DNA of 64,000 nucleotides from a virus. Taxonomy: Duplodnaviria; Caudoviricetes. The stretch lies in IMG/VR virus record IMGVR_UViG_650627003_000001, positions 1-64,000 of that record; one strand, written 5' to 3'. The notes below the pieces were generated by a model. That model was not told where the DNA came from and did not search any database. It saw nothing but the letters and a program-made list of their open reading frames with translations. Below are positions 35,265 to 45,273 of this stretch, piece by piece. Each line of letters starts with the position of its first letter. The first letter of the stretch is position 1. Position numbers and translations under genes: made by a program.

Positions 35265-35696
35265 TTAGCAAGATTGGCTAGACGGTTCCCATACACCTTC
35301 AGTACCGTTGTAGGTACCACCCATACCGTATGCAGTGTCAAGATCAAAGCTAAGATTGTGTTTATCTGCAATAGCTGTTGCTTTGTCTAAGGCAACACTA
35401 AATTCTGCAACAGCAATATCAAGATCTTCCTGCATTTGCAGTTTAGTAAGAATAGCGATTGCACTTACTTCATCTAATTCCACAATAGGACCTTTAACGT
35501 ATTTGCGACCTGCAGAATAGTAATGAACATTTTCTTTATACGCAGCCAAATAAGCTTGACGAACTTCTTCAGTAAATTCTTGACCAAGTTCTACGCCTTT
35601 AGGGAATTTTGACCAACGAGATGCATTTTCGTGATAGGTCTTTGGGTCTACAAAACAATAGTTTTCGTATACATGTGCTAAATTGTACTTTGACAT
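35265..35696 (-). CDS. protein with C-terminal WxxSSxxC motif
   Basis: Ends WEPSSQSC; own early promoter TTTACT-16-TAATAT. Confidence 0.7.
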   Translation of the reverse strand: MSKYNLAHVYENYCFVDPKTYHENASRWSKFPKGVELGQEFTEEVRQAYLAAYKENVHYYSAGRKYVKGPIVELDEVSAIAILTKLQMQEDLDIAVAEFSVALDKATAIADKHNLSFDLDTAYGMGGTYNGTEGVWEPSSQSC

Positions 35697-35771
35697 TTCT
35701 CTCTCCGAGGAGGTTGTTGATGAAGCTATATTATCACGTTCCTTGTGAAAGTAAATAGCTATTTTAAAAAT

Positions 35772-37208
35772 TTATGCAGTAATTCCATCAAAACCTTCTA
35801 GCTCTGCTGCTAATTGATCAAGTCTTGCTCTTGGCGGAAGCTTTTCTTGATTCAACGGGAGGTTCTCGTTTTTAGGTGTCGAACCAGATACGTCAGAGAA
35901 CTGTGCATTTTCGTCTAACTCAACCCATCGTTGATTGCCTTTCTTAACACCGATTAAGAACTTATTCCACAAATTCTTATCTCCATAACGAGACTTAATT
36001 TGTTTAACTAGTTGTCGACCTTGTTGCGCTAGTTCTTCAGTTTCTATCACCGCTAAAATAAAGTCTGCTGTTGCAGGCAGACCAGCGGATTCGGCAATAT
36101 CAGACATATTTAAATCCGAAGAATCCCAACCAGCACGAGTGGTCTGAGCTGCTGTCCATAAAACAGTTTGGGTTTCAAAAGCTAATGCGCGAAGTTCTTC
36201 TGCAATTGCCTTGACCAACGTATAACTATTTTCTGTATACACTTTAATACGAGCAGAAGCACAAATACCAAGATAATCAATAATGATTACATCTGGAACA
36301 AAACGCTTTTTAAGCTTTAACTCATTCACCAAAGAGCGGAATGTGTTTGCAGAAGCAGTACCATTACCATATTGCTTGATGATTAATCGACCAAGAGTTT
36401 TTTGTTCACGATACCGCTCCATCTTACCTTTATACTCGTGATAAGAAATATTCCCATCGTCAATATCGTCTAATGTGACATCAAGTAAATTAGCGTCAAT
36501 ACGTTTAGCACATACTTCCTCTGCCATCTCCATTGAAATATAGAGAACGTTTTTACCATCTAACAGATAATCAGCAGCTAATGAACAAAGTCCTAAAGAC
36601 TTACCTACGTTTACACCTGCGAGTAAAATATTGAGGGTTGCAATCTCAGCGCCGCCTTTAGTAATTTTGTTCAAAATGTTAAGACGGAATGGAACTTTAC
36701 GAGCTTTGTTTTTATAACTCAACCAACGCGATTCATAATCATCTAACCAGTCATGACCGACATAAGAATCAAACGAGATAGAAATTGCATCTCGCATAAT
36801 ATCTGGAATTGCACCTAAACCTGGAAGCTTTTTATTCTGTCGTTCTAAAGGCAATTCAGCGTTGGCACTAATTTCGAGAATTTTTGAAGTTGCGTTATAA
36901 ACTGCTGTATTTTGTACATACTTTTCTGTTTCTACAAGTAACCAATCATTGTTCTCTTTTTCAAGAGACAATTCGTTTAAAAGAGACTTTGCTCCATTAA
37001 GTTCGTTTTCTGTCATTGGAGTATTTTCAATGACCATGTTAATTGCGACTTTAGAAGGAACTGTATTATACGCGTCAACGTGGTTCTTAATAGTCTTAAA
37101 CAAAACAGTTGCAGGCCCAGAAGGGAAGTATTCCTCATCCATATACGGCCATACTTTAGAAAAATACTGTTCATTACATAAGAGCTGTGACAAAATTACA
37201 TCAATCAT
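35772..37208 (-). CDS. 41: replicative DNA helicase gp41
   Basis: AGVNVGKS, YISMEM, IIDYLGI, IAEELRAL, AQTTR, KSRYGDK. Confidence 0.96.
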   Translation of the reverse strand: MIDVILSQLLCNEQYFSKVWPYMDEEYFPSGPATVLFKTIKNHVDAYNTVPSKVAINMVIENTPMTENELNGAKSLLNELSLEKENNDWLLVETEKYVQNTAVYNATSKILEISANAELPLERQNKKLPGLGAIPDIMRDAISISFDSYVGHDWLDDYESRWLSYKNKARKVPFRLNILNKITKGGAEIATLNILLAGVNVGKSLGLCSLAADYLLDGKNVLYISMEMAEEVCAKRIDANLLDVTLDDIDDGNISYHEYKGKMERYREQKTLGRLIIKQYGNGTASANTFRSLVNELKLKKRFVPDVIIIDYLGICASARIKVYTENSYTLVKAIAEELRALAFETQTVLWTAAQTTRAGWDSSDLNMSDIAESAGLPATADFILAVIETEELAQQGRQLVKQIKSRYGDKNLWNKFLIGVKKGNQRWVELDENAQFSDVSGSTPKNENLPLNQEKLPPRARLDQLAAELEGFDGITA

Positions 37209-37516
37209 TTCTTTTTCCAAAATAAAACTAAGTTAATCAACACCCGCAAGAATTTATCAAAACGAGTTTCCACATAATCAGGAAGTTGAAATTGTTGACG
37301 AATACAAGATTCAACATGTACACCGATTTCTTCTTTAAGCTCTTCAGGACACTCTACGCTAAACGAGAATTTTAGTTCTCCATTTCGTTTATAATCCAAT
37401 TCGGTAATATAAACATCATAGCTGGTGCCGTTAGGCAACAAAATTGTGATTGTTTGGATCACAAGATTATCTAATGCCTTTTGTACATCATTTAGATTTT
37501 TTTCATGCATGTTCAT
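37205..37516 (-). CDS. 40: head vertex assembly chaperone gp40
   Basis: Between uvsX and 41; VIQTI...VYITEL...HVESCI. Confidence 0.8.
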   Translation of the reverse strand: MNMHEKNLNDVQKALDNLVIQTITILLPNGTSYDVYITELDYKRNGELKFSFSVECPEELKEEIGVHVESCIRQQFQLPDYVETRFDKFLRVLINLVLFWKKK

Positions 37517-37532
37517 AGATTTCTCCTTTAAT

Positions 37533-37588
37533 AATATTTTAACAAATTTTTAAAGAAGCAAAAAGGGACCGAAGTCCCTTTTATTATT
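37533..37588 (-). promoter_or_regulatory. CUUCGG terminator fused to a MotA-box-like middle promoter
   Basis: 33 bp identical to 10497..10529; TGCTT-14-TAAAAT. Confidence 0.7.
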
Positions 37589-38741
37589 CGAAGTTTTCTA
37601 ACTCATCTTCGACTTCTGCTGAACTTTGAGATTCACCAAACGAAATGCCTGCACCTGTATTATCAAGCTTACCGTTAATAATATCAGCGATTTCGTTTTC
37701 AACTTCAATGTTGTTTTCGATAGCAGAGAGTTTGTATCGTTTTTCAATAGCATCTCGGAATTCCTGCGACTTAAATAACGGTCCCCAGAATTCGGTGCAC
37801 TTAGTGTCTTTTGCACGCCATGATTTAGTCTCACGACGTTTTTCACCATCAATAGTCAGCTCACGAGCATACCAACCATTTTTAGGCTTAACAACCATAC
37901 CAAGTTCGAGTGCCATATCTAATAAACCAGAATACGGATCAATGCCACCTTCAAATGTTACATCAATAAAGAACTTAGATTTTTCTTTCACATAACGAGA
38001 TTTCTCTGCGTTTAATACGAATTGGAATCCTTCAAGCTCAGTACCATCTTTGATCTGACGCTTACCAATATAGAACACTGTGTCAGCTGCATACATTGGA
38101 CCGGTACCGCCAGTCATAACGGTTTTAGAGAACATTTCAATAGTTTCGATTGTATGGTTAATCGCGATACATGGAATGTTTTTTGTACTGAAGTATGGTG
38201 TCACAATACGGAATAATGACTTCATAGCTTTAGCACGTGTCATGTCTGCTGTAGTTTTTTCGTTTTCAGCATCTTCAATTTCTTTCTTAGATGCCATGTT
38301 ACCGATCGAGTCAATCAATACAATAACTTTTTCACCACGTTGAACTGCTTTCAATTGATTCGCCATATCAATTTTAATTTGCTCAACAGAGACAATTGGT
38401 GTATGAACTACACGGTCTGGATTGACACCCATAGCAGAAAGATATTCTGGTGTGATACCAAATTCAGAGTCGTAGAACAAACAAATTGCATCTTCATATT
38501 TTTTCATGAATGCAGAAACTACAGTAAGAGCCATATTTGATTTAAAGTGCTTCGAAGGTCCAGCAAAGATTGTCAGTCCGGACTTCATACCGCCGCCTAA
38601 TTCACCAGACAATGCAATATTAAGCATTGGGATTTTAGTACGGAGAATGTCTTTTTCATTGAACATTTTTGACTTAGACAAAATAGCTACATTTTCAGAA
38701 GTTGAAGCTTTGAGTAAACGAGAACGTAAATCAGATGACAT
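37584..38741 (-). CDS. uvsX: UvsX recombinase
   Basis: GPSKHFKS, YDSEFG, IDSIGN, DMTRAK, MTGGTGPMY. Confidence 0.97.
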   Translation of the reverse strand: MSSDLRSRLLKASTSENVAILSKSKMFNEKDILRTKIPMLNIALSGELGGGMKSGLTIFAGPSKHFKSNMALTVVSAFMKKYEDAICLFYDSEFGITPEYLSAMGVNPDRVVHTPIVSVEQIKIDMANQLKAVQRGEKVIVLIDSIGNMASKKEIEDAENEKTTADMTRAKAMKSLFRIVTPYFSTKNIPCIAINHTIETIEMFSKTVMTGGTGPMYAADTVFYIGKRQIKDGTELEGFQFVLNAEKSRYVKEKSKFFIDVTFEGGIDPYSGLLDMALELGMVVKPKNGWYARELTIDGEKRRETKSWRAKDTKCTEFWGPLFKSQEFRDAIEKRYKLSAIENNIEVENEIADIINGKLDNTGAGISFGESQSSAEVEDELENFE

Positions 38742-38748
38742 AAATTAC

Positions 38749-39282
38749 CTACTTGTATTTCCAGATGTACCCCGCTGAAGTGTGGGCGCCACCTGTTTGG
38801 TTACGGATTGCACAGTTTGTGATTAAATCGTTTTGACGATTCATGTTACTATTTATCGACTCGGCAGCATCAATAGCTGATCTAAAAACAGCTAAGATTT
38901 CTTGCGTTTCAATGTCGATTTGTAGAATTGGAGGTGAAGAGTATCGACGTGATTCAGAAATTGCAGAACAAGTAGAAGAACTAACATATCGTCCTAACAA
39001 TTGATGATACACTGCACGTCGCTTTGAGGCGTACACATGAGAGCTAAAGCGACACATAAAATTAAATGTGCGCTTCATTTCTTGTGAATCTGGGTAGATT
39101 TTTGTAAGTAACTTATGAGCTACACAATGTTCTCGAAGAGTCAAAGCAACTAAGTTAGAAGGCTCATCAGAACCTCCTAAAGACTTAGGAATCACATGGT
39201 GGATTTCACGATTAGAGGCTTCTGGCTCTTCACGTTTCCATGCGTTATTAATAATACGATCATAATATAATTGGTAATTCAT
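38749..39282 (-). mobile_element. free-standing HNH homing endonuclease (Mob-like)
   Basis: EIHHVIPKSLGGSDEPSNLVALTLREHCVAH; C-terminal FRSAIDAA...AGYIWKY. Confidence 0.88.
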
Positions 39283-39284
39283 AG

Positions 39285-39836
39285 CTAGCCTTTAATAAAC
39301 TTTTCTATACCTAGTCGTTCAATTATAACCTCTGGTTTATGAAGCGTTCCAATAAACTCGTTCTTATTTGACATCGAAACGAGCATCATTGGTTCTGGAA
39401 TCATCTCAGCGAATTCATCATAGACATTTAGATATTCTAATAGAACCGAGTTAAACTCGCAAGCACTTAGCTTGATATTGTCATCTTCAAAATCAACAGT
39501 AATCGCTGATCGATAAAATGGACAAACAAGAACTTCATGTTTTGCCATAAAGTCGTAAATGTTTGCATAATCGCGAACAGTGGATTCACCACGGATTTTG
39601 TTGTACACTGCATTACTAAAAAGCATTCGATCTACAATATACACACCGTCTAAATGTTTAAACATTGTGTCAAAGATGTCGAGTTCATTTGCTGTTTCGA
39701 TTTTAAACAATTCATCATCACGATTGCGCTTTGGGAATTTAAGTTCCTTTAATTCAGGATAACGTAAGAGCACATCAGAAATGAATGTGCTCTTACCAGA
39801 ATTATCAGGACCTTCAACAATAATTAACTTTGCCAA
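39285..39836 (-). CDS. thymidylate-kinase-like dNMP kinase
   Basis: IIVEGPDNSGKST, DRMLFSNAVY. Confidence 0.82.
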   Translation of the reverse strand: MAKLIIVEGPDNSGKSTFISDVLLRYPELKELKFPKRNRDDELFKIETANELDIFDTMFKHLDGVYIVDRMLFSNAVYNKIRGESTVRDYANIYDFMAKHEVLVCPFYRSAITVDFEDDNIKLSACEFNSVLLEYLNVYDEFAEMIPEPMMLVSMSNKNEFIGTLHKPEVIIERLGIEKFIKG

Positions 39837-40741
39837 AAGTTATCTCCTTCAATAGTAATATCACCTGGCGTAGGAATATTATACTCTGAAATAATATCAG
39901 CGCCAAAGTAAATCAATTCACCAAGACCAGGATGGAAAACTTTTTCTGGGTCTTCGTTGTACACAACAGTTGGTACTTCACTTAGAACAGAATAATACTC
40001 GAGCTTTGAAAGCCTTTGTTTTACTACATGCTGATGATTTCCAGTGTAAGTGTCATTTGGGTCAGTAATTAAAATTCGTTTATGATGATCTAGGCCAAAT
40101 TGTAAAACATCTTCAAATGCATAACATTTATCAGAAATTCTAAATGGGAAGAAAATATCATGCTTTGGTGCAACAAACGGCTCTTTAATACTGTCTAAGT
40201 AACGCTGGATTACGCTAGGTTTAACAACACGTTGTGAGACAATGATTTTATCAGCCTGAACACCTGCCGCTACCAGGGAGCGTTTCTGGGACTCGTTGAG
40301 CACAAATACTTTGATTGCGTTATGACATGTCTGAACATCAGTTTCAAAATATTTGTCAATGTATGGTCGATCTAATTCTGGGTCTTTACAAATATTGCAA
40401 TTGTAAATAAATGGAACATAATCGGTTACTACGCCTGTTATGTCAGTGACCATTGTAGTTAAGTTATAGTCTTCCATTGTTGCTTCAATTACGCCAGAAT
40501 TCCATTTCCAGAAATTTTGACGTGTTTCTTCAGCGTTTTTACCGTATTTAATCTGGATAAAAACATGGTTAGGAAATAGACTAATAAGCTCGGCTTGATC
40601 TGCAATGTCGAATGGTACACAAATAACATCGTCTTCAGATGCTCGATGTAAATGTAGTTGGAAATTGCCATCCTTTAAGACCGAGTACAACCCGGTCTCA
40701 TAAGATCGCATCGAAAAAATCGGTACGATTAAATTACCCAT
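39824..40741 (-). CDS. putative (arabinosyl) glycosyltransferase of the modification cluster
   Basis: Sits between the TS homologue and the kinase, near the T4 beta-gt position; possible GT-B-like pattern (IFFPFRISDK, ILITDPN); assignment is largely contextual. Confidence 0.55.
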   Translation of the reverse strand: MGNLIVPIFSMRSYETGLYSVLKDGNFQLHLHRASEDDVICVPFDIADQAELISLFPNHVFIQIKYGKNAEETRQNFWKWNSGVIEATMEDYNLTTMVTDITGVVTDYVPFIYNCNICKDPELDRPYIDKYFETDVQTCHNAIKVFVLNESQKRSLVAAGVQADKIIVSQRVVKPSVIQRYLDSIKEPFVAPKHDIFFPFRISDKCYAFEDVLQFGLDHHKRILITDPNDTYTGNHQHVVKQRLSKLEYYSVLSEVPTVVYNEDPEKVFHPGLGELIYFGADIISEYNIPTPGDITIEGDNFWQS

Positions 40742-40742
40742 A

Positions 40743-41450
40743 TCAAGGCTCCAAGAATGTTTTTACATAATCAAGATCACGTTCAAATACATGAGCAGAC
40801 ACAATTGAGTGTGAATATGTGCCAACAGAAATTCCAAGTTGTTCGGCCATATACATCATAAAACGCTGCATCAAGTAAAAATCAAGTTGCATTACTACTG
40901 CGCAATTTTGACTACGCATATGAGTATGCATAAACAATTGATTATTGCGAATATAAAATGTGATCGAATCCGTGCATGGATATTCTAACGTTTCATCAGA
41001 ATCTAAAAGAACTTGATCTTGTTCCTGTAAGATTTGAAAAACTACTCGACGAGAATTTTCTTTTTCTCGTAACTCTTTAAGAAGAGCTGGCATTTGAGCA
41101 ACAATTCGTGGACCATAGAACGTATTGAAATTTGAAGGCAAGTTTTCTGATTTTGGTTTTGCAATAAATTTTGCAACAGACGCATAATCTTTAAATGCTT
41201 CTTCAGCATCAGTGCCGCCTTGGATCATGAATTCCCAGAATTTCTCTGCATAATCATAATCAATACGACTGATTCGTGAATCACTAAAAACGGCACCTTT
41301 TTCTGGCAATGCTACTTCAACCAAAATAGAACCAACTTCTAAACATTTACCGATTCGTGAATCAGTTTCGAATTCGTAATTTTCGACTACATATTGATTC
41401 AAACGTTTAAATGCCAATTCAAAAGTTGTTGCTGTGATGTATTTGCTCAT
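40743..41450 (-). CDS. thymidylate-synthase-fold dCMP-modifying enzyme (gp42-like; probable hydroxylase)
   Basis: FYGPRI, SRRVV, YPCT, MRSQN, QLDF (Asp at the dCMP-specificity position), SAHVFE. Confidence 0.8.
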   Translation of the reverse strand: MSKYITATTFELAFKRLNQYVVENYEFETDSRIGKCLEVGSILVEVALPEKGAVFSDSRISRIDYDYAEKFWEFMIQGGTDAEEAFKDYASVAKFIAKPKSENLPSNFNTFYGPRIVAQMPALLKELREKENSRRVVFQILQEQDQVLLDSDETLEYPCTDSITFYIRNNQLFMHTHMRSQNCAVVMQLDFYLMQRFMMYMAEQLGISVGTYSHSIVSAHVFERDLDYVKTFLEP

Positions 41451-41824
41451 AAGTCTCTCACTTTATCTGGTTTATGTAATCCTAACATATCCGAACCATA
41501 AAGCTTTTTAAACACGTTAGGAGTTAATGCTTTGTCATCAATGATAAAATCATATGAAGGCTTATGCGTAATAAGCTCATGGTATTTTAGACCATGCTTT
41601 TTAAGATTGCTTATAAGCGCAGGAACGATTTCTGACGTGATTTTATCTGGACCAACTGATGTCATACCACGTGCTGTAAACAACGTAATGTGGTGTCCTA
41701 AATCGTATAATGAATTGATCATTCGGACCATTTCAGTATTGGCTTCGAAGTTTTCGTAATCACGATTATCGTTCCAATATGTGATCGTATCGTCTATGTC
41801 CACGCAAAAACGTTTCTTTTCCAT
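41447..41824 (-). CDS. HAD-family phosphatase
   Basis: VDIDDTI, LFTARG, KP, IIDDKA. Confidence 0.85.
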   Translation of the reverse strand: MEKKRFCVDIDDTITYWNDNRDYENFEANTEMVRMINSLYDLGHHITLFTARGMTSVGPDKITSEIVPALISNLKKHGLKYHELITHKPSYDFIIDDKALTPNVFKKLYGSDMLGLHKPDKVRDL

Positions 41825-41825
41825 G

Positions 41826-42572
41826 TTAATCCTCGTCGTGATCAATATATGTAGTCATTATATCATATTTGTAGCCAATTGTGCAATTAGCTATTTTACG
41901 AGCAATGATCATTCTCGGCTCACCGGTTAAGAGTTCAGCCTTTCTAAGAGATGAATAATATTTGCCATTTATAACGACAAACTTTTGTTGTTTGTGCGAA
42001 TTCCTCGATTCATCGACATATCTAATGTTAAGATAGTTTTTACTATCTAATTTACGCTTGATATGTGATACACCAGAATTTTCATTAGCTAGATAAATGC
42101 TATCGTATATAACACCGTTAACAATAACTTTAACAGCTTGCGCAGAAATCTTTCCATACAAAGGATGATTCTTGCGAATAGATTCAGTCATTTCTTTGGT
42201 CCATGTTCTCCCAAAGGCAGGATTCTTTTCTCCAGCAAAACGCCCTTTGTTTGCCTTTGAGATTTTGAGTTTTGTCTCTTCTGATAAACCTGAACTTCCA
42301 CCTTCTCCGCCGCGCTTAAGATTGTAGTACATCTTATCTGTAATAAGATCATCAGTAACAAATTTTGTCTCTTGTTCAACAAGCTCTTCTCGTGAAGCAC
42401 AGTAAAAGAGAATTTCTTTGACAAAATTCTCTTTTCCATATCTTGATATGGCTCTTCGTAAAATTTTACCTGAGCCTAAATATTCATCAATTGAACCTTT
42501 AGGCTGAGAGTGCATACCGATATACATTTTACCATTGACAAGATTTGTGGTCTTATAAATGTAATGTAACAA
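41826..42572 (-). mobile_element. free-standing GIY-YIG homing endonuclease (Seg-like)
   Basis: YIYKTTNLVNGKMYIG, YLGSG, YGKENF, YYNLKRGG, NUMOD3-like LSEETKLKISKA. Confidence 0.9.
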
Positions 42573-42583
42573 AATACGTTCCC

Positions 42584-42901
42584 CTAATTATGACTCACCA
42601 ATAATGTAAATGTTAAAGTATCTTTTTCATGCTCGGCTTCATCAATTGGGTTTAACATCCCGCGAGATTTATAACCTGCTTGGTACACAATAGTAAGTTG
42701 TGTTTTACTACGCATTGTGTTTAAAGCGTCATTGATTTTCTTGTAAGAACCATATGGTCCTTTATAAGATACTGCATATCGTGATTGAGTACGATCGCGA
42801 AGAATTTGTTGTTCGATTTCAGATTCTGCACGACGAATCATTGCTTCTGCTTCTTCAATGTATTCACTTGGCTTTTGACACAATGATAATAAGTCTTTCA
42901 T
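42584..42901 (-). CDS. hypothetical protein
   Basis: ORF in operon. Confidence 0.55.
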   Translation of the reverse strand: MKDLLSLCQKPSEYIEEAEAMIRRAESEIEQQILRDRTQSRYAVSYKGPYGSYKKINDALNTMRSKTQLTIVYQAGYKSRGMLNPIDEAEHEKDTLTFTLLVSHN

Positions 42902-42902
42902 A

Positions 42903-43238
42903 TTATACTTCCTTACGAGTTAAAGTAGTGATACAACTAAGCTCAAAACGCTCTGGACCAATTTGATTCTTTTCGAATTTAAACGTCAATAAACTAGAAT
43001 CATCACGAGTCATATGGTATTTAAAACGTTTGTCGATCATTACTCTAAATTCGTCAAAGCACGCATTTGAAGAAAGCTCTTTACTTGTTTTGAATACAAA
43101 TGAATTATGAAATCGATCTCTGTCAATTTGGTTTAAAAGCCCGTGCCAAGTATCTTTGACGATGTCGTCAGCATTTTTAAGATAATTAAATCCGTTAGGA
43201 CACTCACGCAATTTAGAAGTAAGAGATTTAATATGCAT
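42903..43238 (-). CDS. hypothetical protein
   Basis: ORF in operon. Confidence 0.55.
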   Translation of the reverse strand: MHIKSLTSKLRECPNGFNYLKNADDIVKDTWHGLLNQIDRDRFHNSFVFKTSKELSSNACFDEFRVMIDKRFKYHMTRDDSSLLTFKFEKNQIGPERFELSCITTLTRKEV

Positions 43239-43555
43239 TAGTATAAGTCCTCTGAATATAACGTACCAGGTGTTCCAGTTACACGTCGGATTTGATTTGC
43301 ACTTTTAGCGACGTCCCATGCCTCTTCACGTGTTACAAACTCGCGGCGGTTAGTTACAAATCCTTGTTCCCAATCATGATAGTGAGTACCAGCTTCAAAA
43401 ATTTTATCAGCAACTTTAAAAAAGTCAGGAGAACCATGGCGCTTTGACATGATAACTAAATCAGTTTCTGGTTGACGAGCTGCTGCAGCAACTACAATTT
43501 CTGGTAACTCGATGTATCCAGTACGACGACTAACGTTTAATAAATAACCACTCAT
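43238..43555 (-). CDS. conserved phage protein (RH...QGF...REEA...LYSEDLY family)
   Basis: Start MSGYLL behind GGAGG; recurrent phage motif. Confidence 0.65.
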   Translation of the reverse strand: MSGYLLNVSRRTGYIELPEIVVAAAARQPETDLVIMSKRHGSPDFFKVADKIFEAGTHYHDWEQGFVTNRREFVTREEAWDVAKSANQIRRVTGTPGTLYSEDLY

Positions 43556-43575
43556 TTCATTTCCTCCAGAGAAGC

Positions 43576-45252
43576 TTAAAGCTTCTCCCAATCAAAACAT
43601 CCACCTTTATCAGACGGATAATATTTTTCACCAGTTTCTAGATCAGTCAATAACCATTTACGAGGAGTACGTGTCACAAGCTCAGCTCGAATCGGTTTAT
43701 CTATATCGTAAACACGTGTGCCATCTTTTAGTCGACGACCAACTCTCTTTAATGCTCGTGTTAACAAGTACATGCCATAAAGATACGCTGAAACTGCCTT
43801 TAAAGGATTATTTTTAAAATATCCGCCTAATGCAACCCATATTACACCAACCCACAACTGATGTAAACTGTTAAATTCGGGTAAATCATACGGACGATTT
43901 ACTAATGGATCGATAGTTACACTTACATGATGTAGACCACCTTTCGAGAATCCACCCCATAACGGATCTGAATTAAAATTGTCATAGCCAGTAATAGCGT
44001 ACAACACTTTACATTCGTCGTACATTCTTGGACCCATGATATTTGATTGACCAAAATAACCACGTGGGTCGATAATTTTTACATTATCATTTTCGTCAAT
44101 AAAGATATTGCTAAAGTTTGGGTCACCATGAATTACATTATACACTTGGTTTTCTTCTGCATTAACAAGATGATTGTATGCTTGTTCAAGCATTGGTTTT
44201 AGACGTCCAATCTTTACTCCATTTACGTACTGCACGTTGCCTGCTAACGAAACAATAAGAGGGTAAATAGAATCACAACGGTCAATAACTTTATCAATAA
44301 CTTCGTATTTGAAATCACGTTCGATTGTCTTACGATGCATTTGGTGTTGAACATCAGGATTAAATTCTAAAGCTTCTAAAACATCATTAATGCGATGCTT
44401 GTCAAAGCACTTATAGAATTCCTTTCCTTTGATTCGTTCCATTGAAATCATAGAACCTTCGTCATGTCCACGATAGTTTAAAATTTTAGGCACTGACTTT
44501 GAATCAATTTGCATATACCAATTGACTTCTAAGTCTTGCAATTCACGACCTTTTTCATTGATTGCTGTTTTATAGACCATATTTTCTGTGATTTCTACTT
44601 TGTTAAAATCACGTGGAACAATAAGATTTTTGTGTGCTTTTTCTAGCTTTACTTTATCACCTAAGTCAACAAGATCTATTAATTCGTCTTCGTACATTGT
44701 ATTTGGAACTAATGTACTGATGAAATCAATCCCACGATAAAAATCGTTTGCAACTTCTTTATCGACAAATGACTTAATGTAGAAATCGTTAATTTGATAT
44801 ACACCAACAACATTACCACCAGTCGCGCCAACTTCTTTTAATTCTTGAGTTTTGCCGTCAAAATTAAATCGACACTCATCGCCAAATGTATAAATGTGAT
44901 CACAATCCCAGGAAAAAGAATCAAACTTTGGAATCACGTCACACCAGTTAAAAACTACGTTATGTCCGTTTAAATTCGGAATACGAGAGATCGCATAAGC
45001 GGAGCCGTATGCTTCGTCAACAGTTTCAATAGTTACTTTGATTCCTTGACTACGACAGTAACTCTCAGTCAACAACTTAAACTTTGAGTGTACAACGACA
45101 ATAATTTCGTCTGGGTTGTACTGAGAATACAAATCGTATAAATGCTTTAAGATTGTATGCTGACCATAATTCACTAATACCTTAGGAATATAATGCGTGA
45201 TCGGATACAAACGAGTTGCAAGACCAGCACCCAAGATTACTACTTTTTTCAT
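43576..45252 (-). CDS. bifunctional sugar nucleotidyltransferase / APH-choline-kinase-like phosphotransferase
   Basis: ILGAGLATRLYP..PK at the N-terminus; IHGDPNFSNI and IIDPRG in the C-terminal half. Confidence 0.85.
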   Translation of the reverse strand: MKKVVILGAGLATRLYPITHYIPKVLVNYGQHTILKHLYDLYSQYNPDEIIVVVHSKFKLLTESYCRSQGIKVTIETVDEAYGSAYAISRIPNLNGHNVVFNWCDVIPKFDSFSWDCDHIYTFGDECRFNFDGKTQELKEVGATGGNVVGVYQINDFYIKSFVDKEVANDFYRGIDFISTLVPNTMYEDELIDLVDLGDKVKLEKAHKNLIVPRDFNKVEITENMVYKTAINEKGRELQDLEVNWYMQIDSKSVPKILNYRGHDEGSMISMERIKGKEFYKCFDKHRINDVLEALEFNPDVQHQMHRKTIERDFKYEVIDKVIDRCDSIYPLIVSLAGNVQYVNGVKIGRLKPMLEQAYNHLVNAEENQVYNVIHGDPNFSNIFIDENDNVKIIDPRGYFGQSNIMGPRMYDECKVLYAITGYDNFNSDPLWGGFSKGGLHHVSVTIDPLVNRPYDLPEFNSLHQLWVGVIWVALGGYFKNNPLKAVSAYLYGMYLLTRALKRVGRRLKDGTRVYDIDKPIRAELVTRTPRKWLLTDLETGEKYYPSDKGGCFDWEKL

Positions 45253-45273
45253 ATCAATATCCTAAACAAAAAA

